Shown here in pieces: positions 7,386 through 15,776 of a stretch of 58,346 nt of DNA. The stretch lies in IMG/VR virus record IMGVR_UViG_3300025769_000128, positions 1 to 58,346 of that record; one strand, written 5' to 3'. How positions within the stretch are numbered: the stretch's first letter is position 1; the number at the start of each line of letters is the position of its first letter. A program made the position numbers and the translations under genes. Below the pieces are notes generated by a model that was not told where the DNA came from, did not search any database, and saw nothing but the letters and a program-made list of their open reading frames with translations. This DNA is from a virus (lineage: Duplodnaviria; Caudoviricetes).

Positions 7386-7998
7386 CAATAGAAATATGGA
7401 GTGGTTAAACAACCGTCGCATTATCTATGTGAAATATCCTTGGTATGATGAACCAACTAAGGTGTTTCCATGGGGATGGTACTATGAAGATGGTACACAT
7501 CAATGCTACGAGTTATTTAGATCTAAAGCTAAGATCACTACTATAAGATCGTTAAAGTGGCATATGTTAGTATTAAAATTTTTAAATAAAGATATTTCAT
7601 ATGATAAGTATTTAGAACTATGTTATTTCCTCATTGATAAAAGAAATAATTTTACCGCAATCACCATACCAAGTGATTTATTACTTAGATTTGCAAACGA
7701 GGTGTTTCAACACCAGTTTCATATGGCGCCTAAAAACAGGTTGCGTAAGGTAATATTTCGTATTGGTAGCGGTCTTACTATCGACGAAAAATTATCTATC
7801 GTAGGTAGTTTGATAGGAAGGTCTAAGCGGATCACTGAGGATGATATTTACCAATGCATGTTAGAGATTAACAACAAAGGAGATAAGATAACTATAAGTG
7901 GTATTGCTAAACTGTTAGGTTGTACACCTCGTACTATCCATAGAAATATGGGTGACGAACTTAAATTAGAGAAAGGTGTATTAAACCAACAGTTATGA
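7378..7998 (+). CDS. DNA-binding protein with C-terminal HTH (regulator or replication initiator)
   Basis: ITISGIAKLLGCTPRTIHRN HTH; ATG 7378 preferred to GTG 7339. Confidence 0.7.
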   Translation: MSHNRNMEWLNNRRIIYVKYPWYDEPTKVFPWGWYYEDGTHQCYELFRSKAKITTIRSLKWHMLVLKFLNKDISYDKYLELCYFLIDKRNNFTAITIPSDLLLRFANEVFQHQFHMAPKNRLRKVIFRIGSGLTIDEKLSIVGSLIGRSKRITEDDIYQCMLEINNKGDKITISGIAKLLGCTPRTIHRNMGDELKLEKGVLNQQL

Positions 7999-8738
7999 AA
8001 TATTACAATGTAAAAAACTATATAAGATATAAACAAGATATTGATGATCAACCGCATCCAAAAAGATATTGGCAAGATTATACAAGAGATGAACTAATAA
8101 TTAAATTCTTACCGCTAGTAGAAAGTATTGCTAGAAGCTTTGCGACTGGAGATCAAGCATCGGGTGTTATGAATATTGAAGATCTTATACAAGAAGGAAG
8201 TATTGGCCTTATTAAAGCTGTAGATAAATGGGATGTTGATTTTGCTTTATCAAAGCTCGACCCAGAAAAAAGTATTAAGAGTTTCTTTTCAAAGCGTATC
8301 AAGGGTGCAATACGAAGAGCTATTGATATAAACAGAGCTGGTATGCGTATACCAGAACACAAGATAAATGAGATACGCAACAGCGAAGATGAAGATCAAG
8401 AGAAAGTTCAAATGTTCTTTAATTCAATATTTAAAAGTATCGATGCTGATACAACTGGGGCTTATTATAATATTCCAGATTTAAATAAAGAATATCGTAT
8501 TGATATGATTAATAGCTTTTTACTTGGCCTCATGAAAATGGTGTTAGACCACAATGAATATCATGTTTTGAGACTAAGCTATGGATTAGACTGTCGTAAG
8601 CATTCAGCAAAAGAGATAGCATTCATAGTAGGTATTAAAGGAACAAGTTCGCATGTTAGAATATCTCAACTTAAAAAGCAAGCAATAAATAAAATATCTG
8701 AAAAAATAAAATTATCTCAAGTTATTGATTTCTTATAA
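7995..8738 (+). CDS. Phage sigma-70-family RNA polymerase sigma factor
   Basis: Region 2 (EDLIQEGSIGLIKAVDKWD, RIKGAIRRAI, MRIP) and region 4 HTH (VLRLSYGL, KEIA, RISQLKKQAINK). Confidence 0.9.
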   Translation: MKYYNVKNYIRYKQDIDDQPHPKRYWQDYTRDELIIKFLPLVESIARSFATGDQASGVMNIEDLIQEGSIGLIKAVDKWDVDFALSKLDPEKSIKSFFSKRIKGAIRRAIDINRAGMRIPEHKINEIRNSEDEDQEKVQMFFNSIFKSIDADTTGAYYNIPDLNKEYRIDMINSFLLGLMKMVLDHNEYHVLRLSYGLDCRKHSAKEIAFIVGIKGTSSHVRISQLKKQAINKISEKIKLSQVIDFL

Positions 8739-8755
8739 AAAAATAATTATATTTG
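8725..8755 (+). promoter_or_regulatory. Bacteroidota-type housekeeping promoter (TTG-N20-TATATTTG)
   Basis: Matches the -33 TTG / -7 TAnnTTTG consensus, upstream of the replication operon. Confidence 0.55.
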
Positions 8756-8775
8756 TATTTTAAAACCAATAAACC

Positions 8776-9309
8776 ATGAGTAAACCAGTAAACCTAACGA
8801 GCGTGCTTAATTATATGCAAAGCAGGTTCAAGTCAAAGAAAAGCCGATACAACAGTTTTGGTAAGTATTATTTCAGAAGTGCTGAAGATATACTTGAAGC
8901 CATTAAACCTTTTTTAGACGAGCATAATGTTACTGTTCGTATTGAAGAAGAGTTTATTGATGGCACTGTTCCAGTTATTAAATCAAAAGCTATTATTAGT
9001 GATGGCACAGATGAAATATTTGCGCAAGCTATTGTTGGTGTTGATCTAAATCAAAAAGGTATGCAAGTACCACAACAGTTTGGTTCAGCATCATCTTACG
9101 GTAAAAAGTATGCGCTTGGTAATCTACTGTTGATTGATGACACTCAAGATTCAGATGCTACAAACGACCACGGTGAATCAAAACAAAAGCTTAGTGGTGT
9201 AGCTCTTGAAAAAGCTAAAGAATATATTAAAGGTGGAGGATCAATCGATGCTATTAAATCTAAGTATGATGTCTCTGCTGCAGTAGAAAAGCAATTACAA
9301 ACATTATGA
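8776..9309 (+). CDS. erf: Erf-family ssDNA annealing recombinase
   Basis: AEDILEAIKP, Q.FGSASSYGKKYAL..LLLIDD..D.D. Confidence 0.85.
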   Translation: MSKPVNLTSVLNYMQSRFKSKKSRYNSFGKYYFRSAEDILEAIKPFLDEHNVTVRIEEEFIDGTVPVIKSKAIISDGTDEIFAQAIVGVDLNQKGMQVPQQFGSASSYGKKYALGNLLLIDDTQDSDATNDHGESKQKLSGVALEKAKEYIKGGGSIDAIKSKYDVSAAVEKQLQTL

Positions 9310-10037
9310 CAAACGAGGAAATACTCAACCGGTTAACAAACGACGAGGATTATTATGGTTCTTTCGGTAAACAATTTTTAAGTAACTCAGATATTAAAAC
9401 ATTGCTTACCAATCCACTTGCATTACATAAGGATCAAGGTACATCATCTGCGTTTTTAGTCGGTGGGTATTTCCACACCGCTATCTTAGAGCCAGATAAA
9501 CTTAAAAAATATAAAGTAATTAAATCAAGTAGTAGAAATACTAAAGCTTACAAGGAATTATCTGGTGGTGAGATGTGTTTATTACAGGATGAGGTCGACC
9601 GTATTGAGTTGATGTTGGATAAAATCAATAACAACAAGATATGTGTCGATCTTATTCGTAATGCTAATGTTGAATATGAGAAACCAGGTATTACAGAATT
9701 ATTCGGTAATAAGTGGAAAGGCAAAGCTGATATTGTAAACCATGATGATAAAGTTATCATTGATCTTAAAACAACTAATGATCTCGATGCGTTTAGATTT
9801 TCAGCTAAAAAATATAACTATGATTCTCAGGCATATATCTATAGCCATTTATTTGGTTATGAGTTTATGTTCATAGCTATAGACAAGAATACACATCAAA
9901 TAGGTTTATTCGATTGTTCTGACGAGTTCTTAGAGCGCGGTAAGTACAAAGTAGAAAAAGCTAGTGAAGTGTATGATCTATTTTATAAGTCGGAAGACTT
10001 TGACCCAAATCAGTATTTTATTAATCAAACTTTATAA
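9306..10037 (+). CDS. PD-(D/E)XK exonuclease (RecE/ExoVIII, DUF3799-like)
   Basis: LSNSDIK, G..FH..ILEP, KGKADI, IDLKTT, Y..QAY.Y. Confidence 0.8.
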   Translation: MTNEEILNRLTNDEDYYGSFGKQFLSNSDIKTLLTNPLALHKDQGTSSAFLVGGYFHTAILEPDKLKKYKVIKSSSRNTKAYKELSGGEMCLLQDEVDRIELMLDKINNNKICVDLIRNANVEYEKPGITELFGNKWKGKADIVNHDDKVIIDLKTTNDLDAFRFSAKKYNYDSQAYIYSHLFGYEFMFIAIDKNTHQIGLFDCSDEFLERGKYKVEKASEVYDLFYKSEDFDPNQYFINQTL

Positions 10038-10039
10038 CA

Positions 10040-10351
10040 ATGGCAGGAATTATTCAAGCTAGTATTAATCTATCAAATATCCCAAAGGATAAAATTATTG
10101 ATGGTAAAAAAGGTAAGTATCTACCTATTACAATTACATTGAACGACGATTTTGATAACTTCGGCAACCAAGGTCCTATTACTGTAGCACAATCAAAAGA
10201 AGAGCGTGATGCAAAAGAAGCAAAGACATATCTTGGTAATGTAAAAGTTGTTTGGACAAACGGACAGTTTCCACAACCAGCACCACGTGAAGGTCAACCT
10301 CAACAACAAGCTAAAAAGCAAACAGTACAAGAAGACGATCTACCATTTTAA
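10040..10351 (+). CDS. Putative ssDNA-binding protein
   Basis: Q/P-rich linker and acidic EDDLPF tail; lies between recombinase and primase. Confidence 0.65.
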   Translation: MAGIIQASINLSNIPKDKIIDGKKGKYLPITITLNDDFDNFGNQGPITVAQSKEERDAKEAKTYLGNVKVVWTNGQFPQPAPREGQPQQQAKKQTVQEDDLPF

Positions 10352-10354
10352 AAA

Positions 10355-12073
10355 ATGAATGTAGAATATAACGAGATCAATGGATTTGAGATTGACGAGT
10401 TCAATCAATACGGTCTAGCAAGTGGGAAGACACAGGGGATTTGTCCTCTGTGTTCTCACACTAGACAACCCAAACATCAAAAAACGCATTGTGCATCATA
10501 CGATTGGGAACGTGGTCTTGGAACATGTCATCATTGCGATTCAACGTTTCAACTCCACACCTTTAAACGAAAAGGTATGGCAGATAAAGAATACATAAAA
10601 CCACCAGAAAAACAGATAATTGAAGTATCAACGAAAGTTGAACAATGGTTTGCTGAGCGCGGCATAAGTAAAAAAACCCTCAATGACTTAAGAGTTACTG
10701 AGGGTTTTGAGTATATGCCCCAAACCGCTAAAGAAGAAAACACAATACAGTTTAATTACTTTATTGGTGAAGAGTTAATCAATGTTAAATACAGAGATGG
10801 TCGCAAGAACTTTAAACTTTATAAGGGAGCAGAGAAAATATTTTACAATCTTGATGCAATTACGAACACGGATACGTGTATTATTGTCGAAGGAGAAATG
10901 GACGCTCTCAGCCTTCATGAAGCCGGTATTACTAATGTTGTATCTGTACCTAACGGCGCTACTCTATCTAGTAATAATCTTGATTACCTCGATAACTGCA
11001 TTGACTACTTCGAAGATAAGAAGAAAGTAATATTAGCAGTTGATCAAGATGAAGCTGGTAATGCTTTAAAGCAAGAGTTTATTCGTAGACTCGGTGCTGA
11101 GATATGTTATCTTGTAGATTTTGTAGATTGTAAAGATGCAAACGAATACTTACTTAAGTATGGCTCTGAAGATCTTACAAAGGTTATTAATAGTAATAAA
11201 CCAGTACCGCTTGAGAATGTATCAACGCTTGCTGATATTGAAGATGAGTTAATAGACTTTGTAAATAATGGTTTTAAACCTGGTTACCAAGTTGGTTTAG
11301 AAAACTTTGATAAGATATTCAGTACATATACTGGTCAGTTTATCACAGTAACTGGTATACCAAGCTCTGGTAAATCTGATTTTGTAGATCAAATGTGTGT
11401 TGGTTATAATACCAACTACGGTTGGAAAACTGCATTTGCATCTCCTGAAAATCAACCTACATATTTGCACGCGCACAAGTTGATGCGTAAAGTATGGGGT
11501 GACATGCCAAATAAAAACGATATTGGTACAAATCAATGGAATAAAGTTCGTGATCATGTTAACGATAACTTCTTTTTTATTGATATGGATAAATATACTC
11601 TTGAGTCAGTACTTCGTAAAGGTGCAGAGCTTGTAAAGCGTAAGGGTATTAAATGCTTAGTTATTGATCCATTCAATAAGGTAAGAGATATAAATGGTAA
11701 TGAGTCTGGTGATGTTAATGTTTATACATTAGAATACTTAAGCAAGATAGAAATCTTTGCAAAAAAATATGATGTATTAGTTATTATAGTAGCGCATCCT
11801 ACTAAAATGTATAAAGGTTCAGACGGTAAAATTGAAGAGCCTACTATGTATAATATAAAGGGTGGTGGTGAATGGTATGATGCTAGTTATCATGGTCTTT
11901 TAGTTCACAGAGATTACGAGGCTAAAACAGTGAAAGCTAAAGTATTAAAGGTTAAGTTTCAAAACCTTGGTGAAAATGGTGCTGAAGCATATTTTAAATG
12001 GGAACCAAGATCTGGTTGTTTTTTACCAAACGAACCAGCTGTAGACGAAAACGAGCCAATGCCATGGGAGTAA
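10355..12073 (+). CDS. Primase-helicase (T7 gp4/Twinkle-like)
   Basis: Zn finger CPLC...CHHC, TOPRIM EGEMD and DQD, Walker A GIPSSGKS, LVIDP, VAHP. Confidence 0.93.
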   Translation: MNVEYNEINGFEIDEFNQYGLASGKTQGICPLCSHTRQPKHQKTHCASYDWERGLGTCHHCDSTFQLHTFKRKGMADKEYIKPPEKQIIEVSTKVEQWFAERGISKKTLNDLRVTEGFEYMPQTAKEENTIQFNYFIGEELINVKYRDGRKNFKLYKGAEKIFYNLDAITNTDTCIIVEGEMDALSLHEAGITNVVSVPNGATLSSNNLDYLDNCIDYFEDKKKVILAVDQDEAGNALKQEFIRRLGAEICYLVDFVDCKDANEYLLKYGSEDLTKVINSNKPVPLENVSTLADIEDELIDFVNNGFKPGYQVGLENFDKIFSTYTGQFITVTGIPSSGKSDFVDQMCVGYNTNYGWKTAFASPENQPTYLHAHKLMRKVWGDMPNKNDIGTNQWNKVRDHVNDNFFFIDMDKYTLESVLRKGAELVKRKGIKCLVIDPFNKVRDINGNESGDVNVYTLEYLSKIEIFAKKYDVLVIIVAHPTKMYKGSDGKIEEPTMYNIKGGGEWYDASYHGLLVHRDYEAKTVKAKVLKVKFQNLGENGAEAYFKWEPRSGCFLPNEPAVDENEPMPWE

Positions 12074-12340
12074 ATGCCTAAACTAAAAAAGCCAAGTATA
12101 ATGGGAAAATATTATCCAACTAGCCAAGAGCTAGATGCTGCTTTTTGGTGCATTAAAAATAACATACATATATCTCCGCTAAAGAAAAATTACAAAGATC
12201 AACTATGGTATATTGATATAATTATAAATGGTAAGTCAAGTAAAAGTCCTGAGACATTTGGTCCTAGTATTATTTGGCAAAAACTATATGAATACACATC
12301 TTACTACTATAATAAATATAAAAATGAAAACAATATTTAA
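12074..12340 (+). CDS. Hypothetical protein (88 aa)
   Basis: ORF in operon. Confidence 0.7.
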   Translation: MPKLKKPSIMGKYYPTSQELDAAFWCIKNNIHISPLKKNYKDQLWYIDIIINGKSSKSPETFGPSIIWQKLYEYTSYYYNKYKNENNI

Positions 12341-12968
12341 TAACGCAAACGAGGTATTTAATTATTACTTTGATCATATAGTTAATCATGGTGTAATATT
12401 CCAAAACACAAAAGCTTTATTTAACGTTGGTGTACATATTAATAACCCAATGGATAATCATATCACTTCTGATATGCGTAATTGGAAAAAAGAATATGCT
12501 CACTCTGAATGGTTGTGGTATTTAACTGGAGATAGAAATATAAAAACACTAGGTAATATATATGGTAAAATACCTAAGATCTGGAAGAAGATGGCTAATT
12601 CACAGGGTAATGTTAATTCTAATTATGGTTATCAATGGGAACGTAATGGTCAACTTGATAAAGTTGTTGATATGCTTAAGAAAAATAAAGAGACAAGGCA
12701 AGCATCAATATCAATATATGATGGTAAAGAAATATCAAAGTATAAGTATGATACGCCTTGCACATATGCGGTTAACTTTATAATATATAATAATAAGCTA
12801 AATATGTCTGTTATGATGCGATCTAACGATCTATGGTATGGCTTTTGTAATGATCAATATTGTTTCTCAATGCTACAAAAAACTGTAGCAGACCGTCTTG
12901 AAATGCCAGTTGGATGGTATTATCATTTTGTAAATAACATGCATCTATATGAACTCCAATTAACTTAA
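12324..12968 (+). CDS. Thymidylate-synthase-fold enzyme, dCMP hydroxymethylase (T4 gp42)-like
   Basis: PKIW, NSNYG, catalytic PC, MRSNDLWYGFCND, HLY; Asp at the base-specificity position. Confidence 0.75.
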   Translation: MKTIFNNANEVFNYYFDHIVNHGVIFQNTKALFNVGVHINNPMDNHITSDMRNWKKEYAHSEWLWYLTGDRNIKTLGNIYGKIPKIWKKMANSQGNVNSNYGYQWERNGQLDKVVDMLKKNKETRQASISIYDGKEISKYKYDTPCTYAVNFIIYNNKLNMSVMMRSNDLWYGFCNDQYCFSMLQKTVADRLEMPVGWYYHFVNNMHLYELQLT

Positions 12969-12974
12969 TTAAAC

Positions 12975-13748
12975 ATGTATTACATTTATCACATACCAGA
13001 TAAAAAGATTGGTGTAACCTGTGATTTATATAACCGGGTTACTTTACAACAAGGCTACTCTGAAGATGAATATGAAGTATTAGATTCATCAGAGGATATT
13101 GAATATATATCCGCAAAAGAGTTATATTTGCAAAGGGAATATGGATATAGAGTTGATCTTATTCCATATAAAGACCTCAAATCAAAACCTGAACAAATTA
13201 AATTTAATAAAATGAATGTCAACGTAACAGAGCAAACCACGACATTCCCTGTTCCAGTTAGAAAGCTTAAAGGCAGACTGATGGATAATATGGGTATGAA
13301 GTGGACTACATCTCACGGATCATTTGAAATAACACTGTCTACTATTGAGTGGATAATGTCTAATGTACACATGTCACAATTTAGTCAAGACAGATGTTAT
13401 GTATACAATAAAGCTTTTGCTGAATCAGTTAAAACAAATAAGATACACAATGACAATATATTTGAATTAATCAGAGACTGGGCAAAAGAGAGAGGTATAT
13501 ACGACAAAGGTGATGATCGTACTCAGTATGTTAAGTTGATGGAAGAAGCTGGTGAGTTAGCACAATCACTACTCAAGAACGATGAGCCAGAAATTAAAGA
13601 TGCTATCGGTGATATGGTTGTAGTTCTAACTAACCTAGCCCATATGCGAGGTTTTGATATTGAAGATTGTATTCATTCTGCATACGATGTAATATCAAAG
13701 AGAACAGGTAAAATGCAAAATGGTACATTTGTAAAAGACACATTATGA
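12975..13748 (+). CDS. MazG-like NTP pyrophosphohydrolase with N-terminal GIY-YIG-like region
   Basis: WAKERG, KLMEEAGELA, DAIGDMVVVL, AY..I..R.G; N-terminus YYIYH..KIGVT..L..R. Confidence 0.8.
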   Translation: MYYIYHIPDKKIGVTCDLYNRVTLQQGYSEDEYEVLDSSEDIEYISAKELYLQREYGYRVDLIPYKDLKSKPEQIKFNKMNVNVTEQTTTFPVPVRKLKGRLMDNMGMKWTTSHGSFEITLSTIEWIMSNVHMSQFSQDRCYVYNKAFAESVKTNKIHNDNIFELIRDWAKERGIYDKGDDRTQYVKLMEEAGELAQSLLKNDEPEIKDAIGDMVVVLTNLAHMRGFDIEDCIHSAYDVISKRTGKMQNGTFVKDTL

Positions 13749-14005
13749 TAACTAAAAAAATTAATTTCCGTGATCCAGTTGTTGAACGAGTCGTCGATAG
13801 ATTTATTTTACGATCAGACGAAGGTTACAAAAAATATGGTCAAACGCTTGATGAAGAGCGCGCGCAGGGCGTCAAAGGTCTCCAAGAATATATTAATGAT
13901 GTACAAGAGGAACTTATGGATGCGGTGTTGTACCTACAATCAGTACAAGAAGAAATACAAGATTTGAAAGAAGAGCTTTTAATTCTACGCGCTGAACAGA
14001 TGTAA
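13745..14005 (+). CDS. Small all-alpha NTP pyrophosphohydrolase-like protein
   Basis: RS..G.KKYG..LD and QEELMDAVLY (EExxD metal-binding motif). Confidence 0.6.
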   Translation: MITKKINFRDPVVERVVDRFILRSDEGYKKYGQTLDEERAQGVKGLQEYINDVQEELMDAVLYLQSVQEEIQDLKEELLILRAEQM

Positions 14006-14006
14006 T

Positions 14007-14459
14007 ATGAAGCGTAGTAAAAAACGAGGTCCAGTAAGGGCAAAGAAAGTTGTATATAATGGTATACAGTTTGCTTCTGGCCTTGAGAAATATATGTATA
14101 TTGCTTTACGTAAGCATAAGATTAAAGCTATTTATGAAGGTGAGACATACACCCTATTAGATGGCTTTAATTTTCAGAGCTCATGTTATGAGCGTCAATC
14201 CAATGGTAAAGGTGACATGATAGATAGAGGAAATAAAAAAATCCTTGGAATAAAATATACACCAGACTTTATTGGCGACGGATTTATAATTGAGTGTAAG
14301 GGTAGAGCAAATGAAAGCTTCCCAATGAGATGGAAGATGTTTAAAAAATATGTCAATGATAATTTAACTGGTGTCACACTATATAAACCACAGAATCAAA
14401 AAGAGTGTAATGCTGTTGTAGAACTAATAAAACAAAAAAGAAATGAATTGGGAGATTAG
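14007..14459 (+). CDS. T7 endonuclease I-like nuclease / Holliday junction resolvase
   Basis: FASGLE, YE, YTPDF, IIECKG. Confidence 0.8.
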   Translation: MKRSKKRGPVRAKKVVYNGIQFASGLEKYMYIALRKHKIKAIYEGETYTLLDGFNFQSSCYERQSNGKGDMIDRGNKKILGIKYTPDFIGDGFIIECKGRANESFPMRWKMFKKYVNDNLTGVTLYKPQNQKECNAVVELIKQKRNELGD

Positions 14460-14577
14460 CCTTGGATTATACCCTGGAATATTAATAGGATTTAGATCAT
14501 ATAATGAAGAATATGGTTCAACACATGTATTATATCTTCCATTTGTAGATATCGCATTAACAATATTCAAGGACTAA
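14443..14577 (+). CDS. Small hypothetical protein (44 aa)
   Basis: Hand translation MNWEISLGLYPGILIGFRSY...HVLYLPFVDIALTIFKD; TAATG coupling to nrdB. Confidence 0.6.
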   Translation: MNWEISLGLYPGILIGFRSYNEEYGSTHVLYLPFVDIALTIFKD

Positions 14578-15536
14578 TGGGATTATTTACACCTAGAATA
14601 GAATATAAACCTTTTGAATATCCAGAATATTATACAGAAGGTTGGTTGAAGCAAGCTCAAGCATTTTGGCTTCACACAGAAATATCGATGTCAGGCGATG
14701 TTAAAGACTGGCATGAGAACTTAACATTATCAGAGAAAAATTTAGTAGGTAATATACTATTAGGTTTTGCACAGACTGAATGTGCTGTCTCTGATTATTG
14801 GACGCAGAAAGTTGTATCATGGTTTCCTAAGCACGAGATACAGCAAATGGCTATGATGTTTGGTTCACAAGAAACAATACATGCAGTAGCATACTCTTAT
14901 TTAAATGAAACACTTGGACTAAACGACTTTAAAGCATTTTTACATGAACAAGCAACGGCAGATCGCTTTAACAATCTTGTGGCTTATGACGGTAATGATA
15001 CTGTGGGTATCGCTAGATCGCTGGCAATATTTAGCGCATTCGCAGAGGGTGTATCACTGTATAGTGCTTTCGCTGTTCTTTATAGTTTCCAGCTTCGTAA
15101 CCTTCTCAAAGGAATAGGACAACAAATGAAATGGAGTGTTCGCGATGAATCGCTTCATAGCCGTATGGGTTGTAAACTATTTAATCACATGTGTTCTGAA
15201 GATGATACTTTAAGATCAAAAGTTATGGACGATGTTATTGCCGCGGCTGAAACAATGATTGAGCTTGAGCATAAATATATTGATAAGATGTTTGAGATGG
15301 GTAACCTTGAGAATCTTAAAGCTGAGGACCTTAAGAACTTTATTATTAAAAGAACTAACGAAAAGCTACATGAACTTAACTATGATTATGGTTTTGATTA
15401 TGACGCTGAGTCAGCTAAACAACTTGACTGGTTCTACCATTTAACTGGTGGACATACGCATACAGATTTCTTTGCTATTAGACCTACTGATTATAGTAAG
15501 GCTGGTGAAGGAGAAGATTTTGATGATATTTGGTAA
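14577..15536 (+). CDS. nrdB: Class I ribonucleotide reductase beta subunit
   Basis: FW, ETIHAVAY (radical Tyr), AEGVSLYSAF, RDESLH, DFF..RPTDY. Confidence 0.95.
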   Translation: MGLFTPRIEYKPFEYPEYYTEGWLKQAQAFWLHTEISMSGDVKDWHENLTLSEKNLVGNILLGFAQTECAVSDYWTQKVVSWFPKHEIQQMAMMFGSQETIHAVAYSYLNETLGLNDFKAFLHEQATADRFNNLVAYDGNDTVGIARSLAIFSAFAEGVSLYSAFAVLYSFQLRNLLKGIGQQMKWSVRDESLHSRMGCKLFNHMCSEDDTLRSKVMDDVIAAAETMIELEHKYIDKMFEMGNLENLKAEDLKNFIIKRTNEKLHELNYDYGFDYDAESAKQLDWFYHLTGGHTHTDFFAIRPTDYSKAGEGEDFDDIW

Positions 15537-15545
15537 ATAAAAATT

Positions 15546-15776
15546 ATGAAAGAAAGTACATTAATTGAAATGCAAAAGAAAGTTGAGTCATATCAACGAA
15601 TAATACAATATTTATTCTCAGAAGTTGAACGATTAAAAGAGTTGTCTATTGGGTCATTAGAAGTAATGAAGCTTATGCCTGATTATGATGAGGCATTAGA
15701 AAAACTAAAGCAAAATCATTTAGATAAACTTAAAGAAGAAAAAGAGAATAAAGATGGCGAGCAATCGGTGGATTAA
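15546..15776 (+). CDS. Hypothetical coiled-coil protein between the RNR subunits
   Basis: ORF in operon. Confidence 0.75.
   Translation: MKESTLIEMQKKVESYQRIIQYLFSEVERLKELSIGSLEVMKLMPDYDEALEKLKQNHLDKLKEEKENKDGEQSVD

Noticed and set aside
12324-12968. Plain thyA annotation
   Set aside because: The specificity residue is Asp rather than Asn and the motifs fit the gp42-like group better; not disproven without an assay
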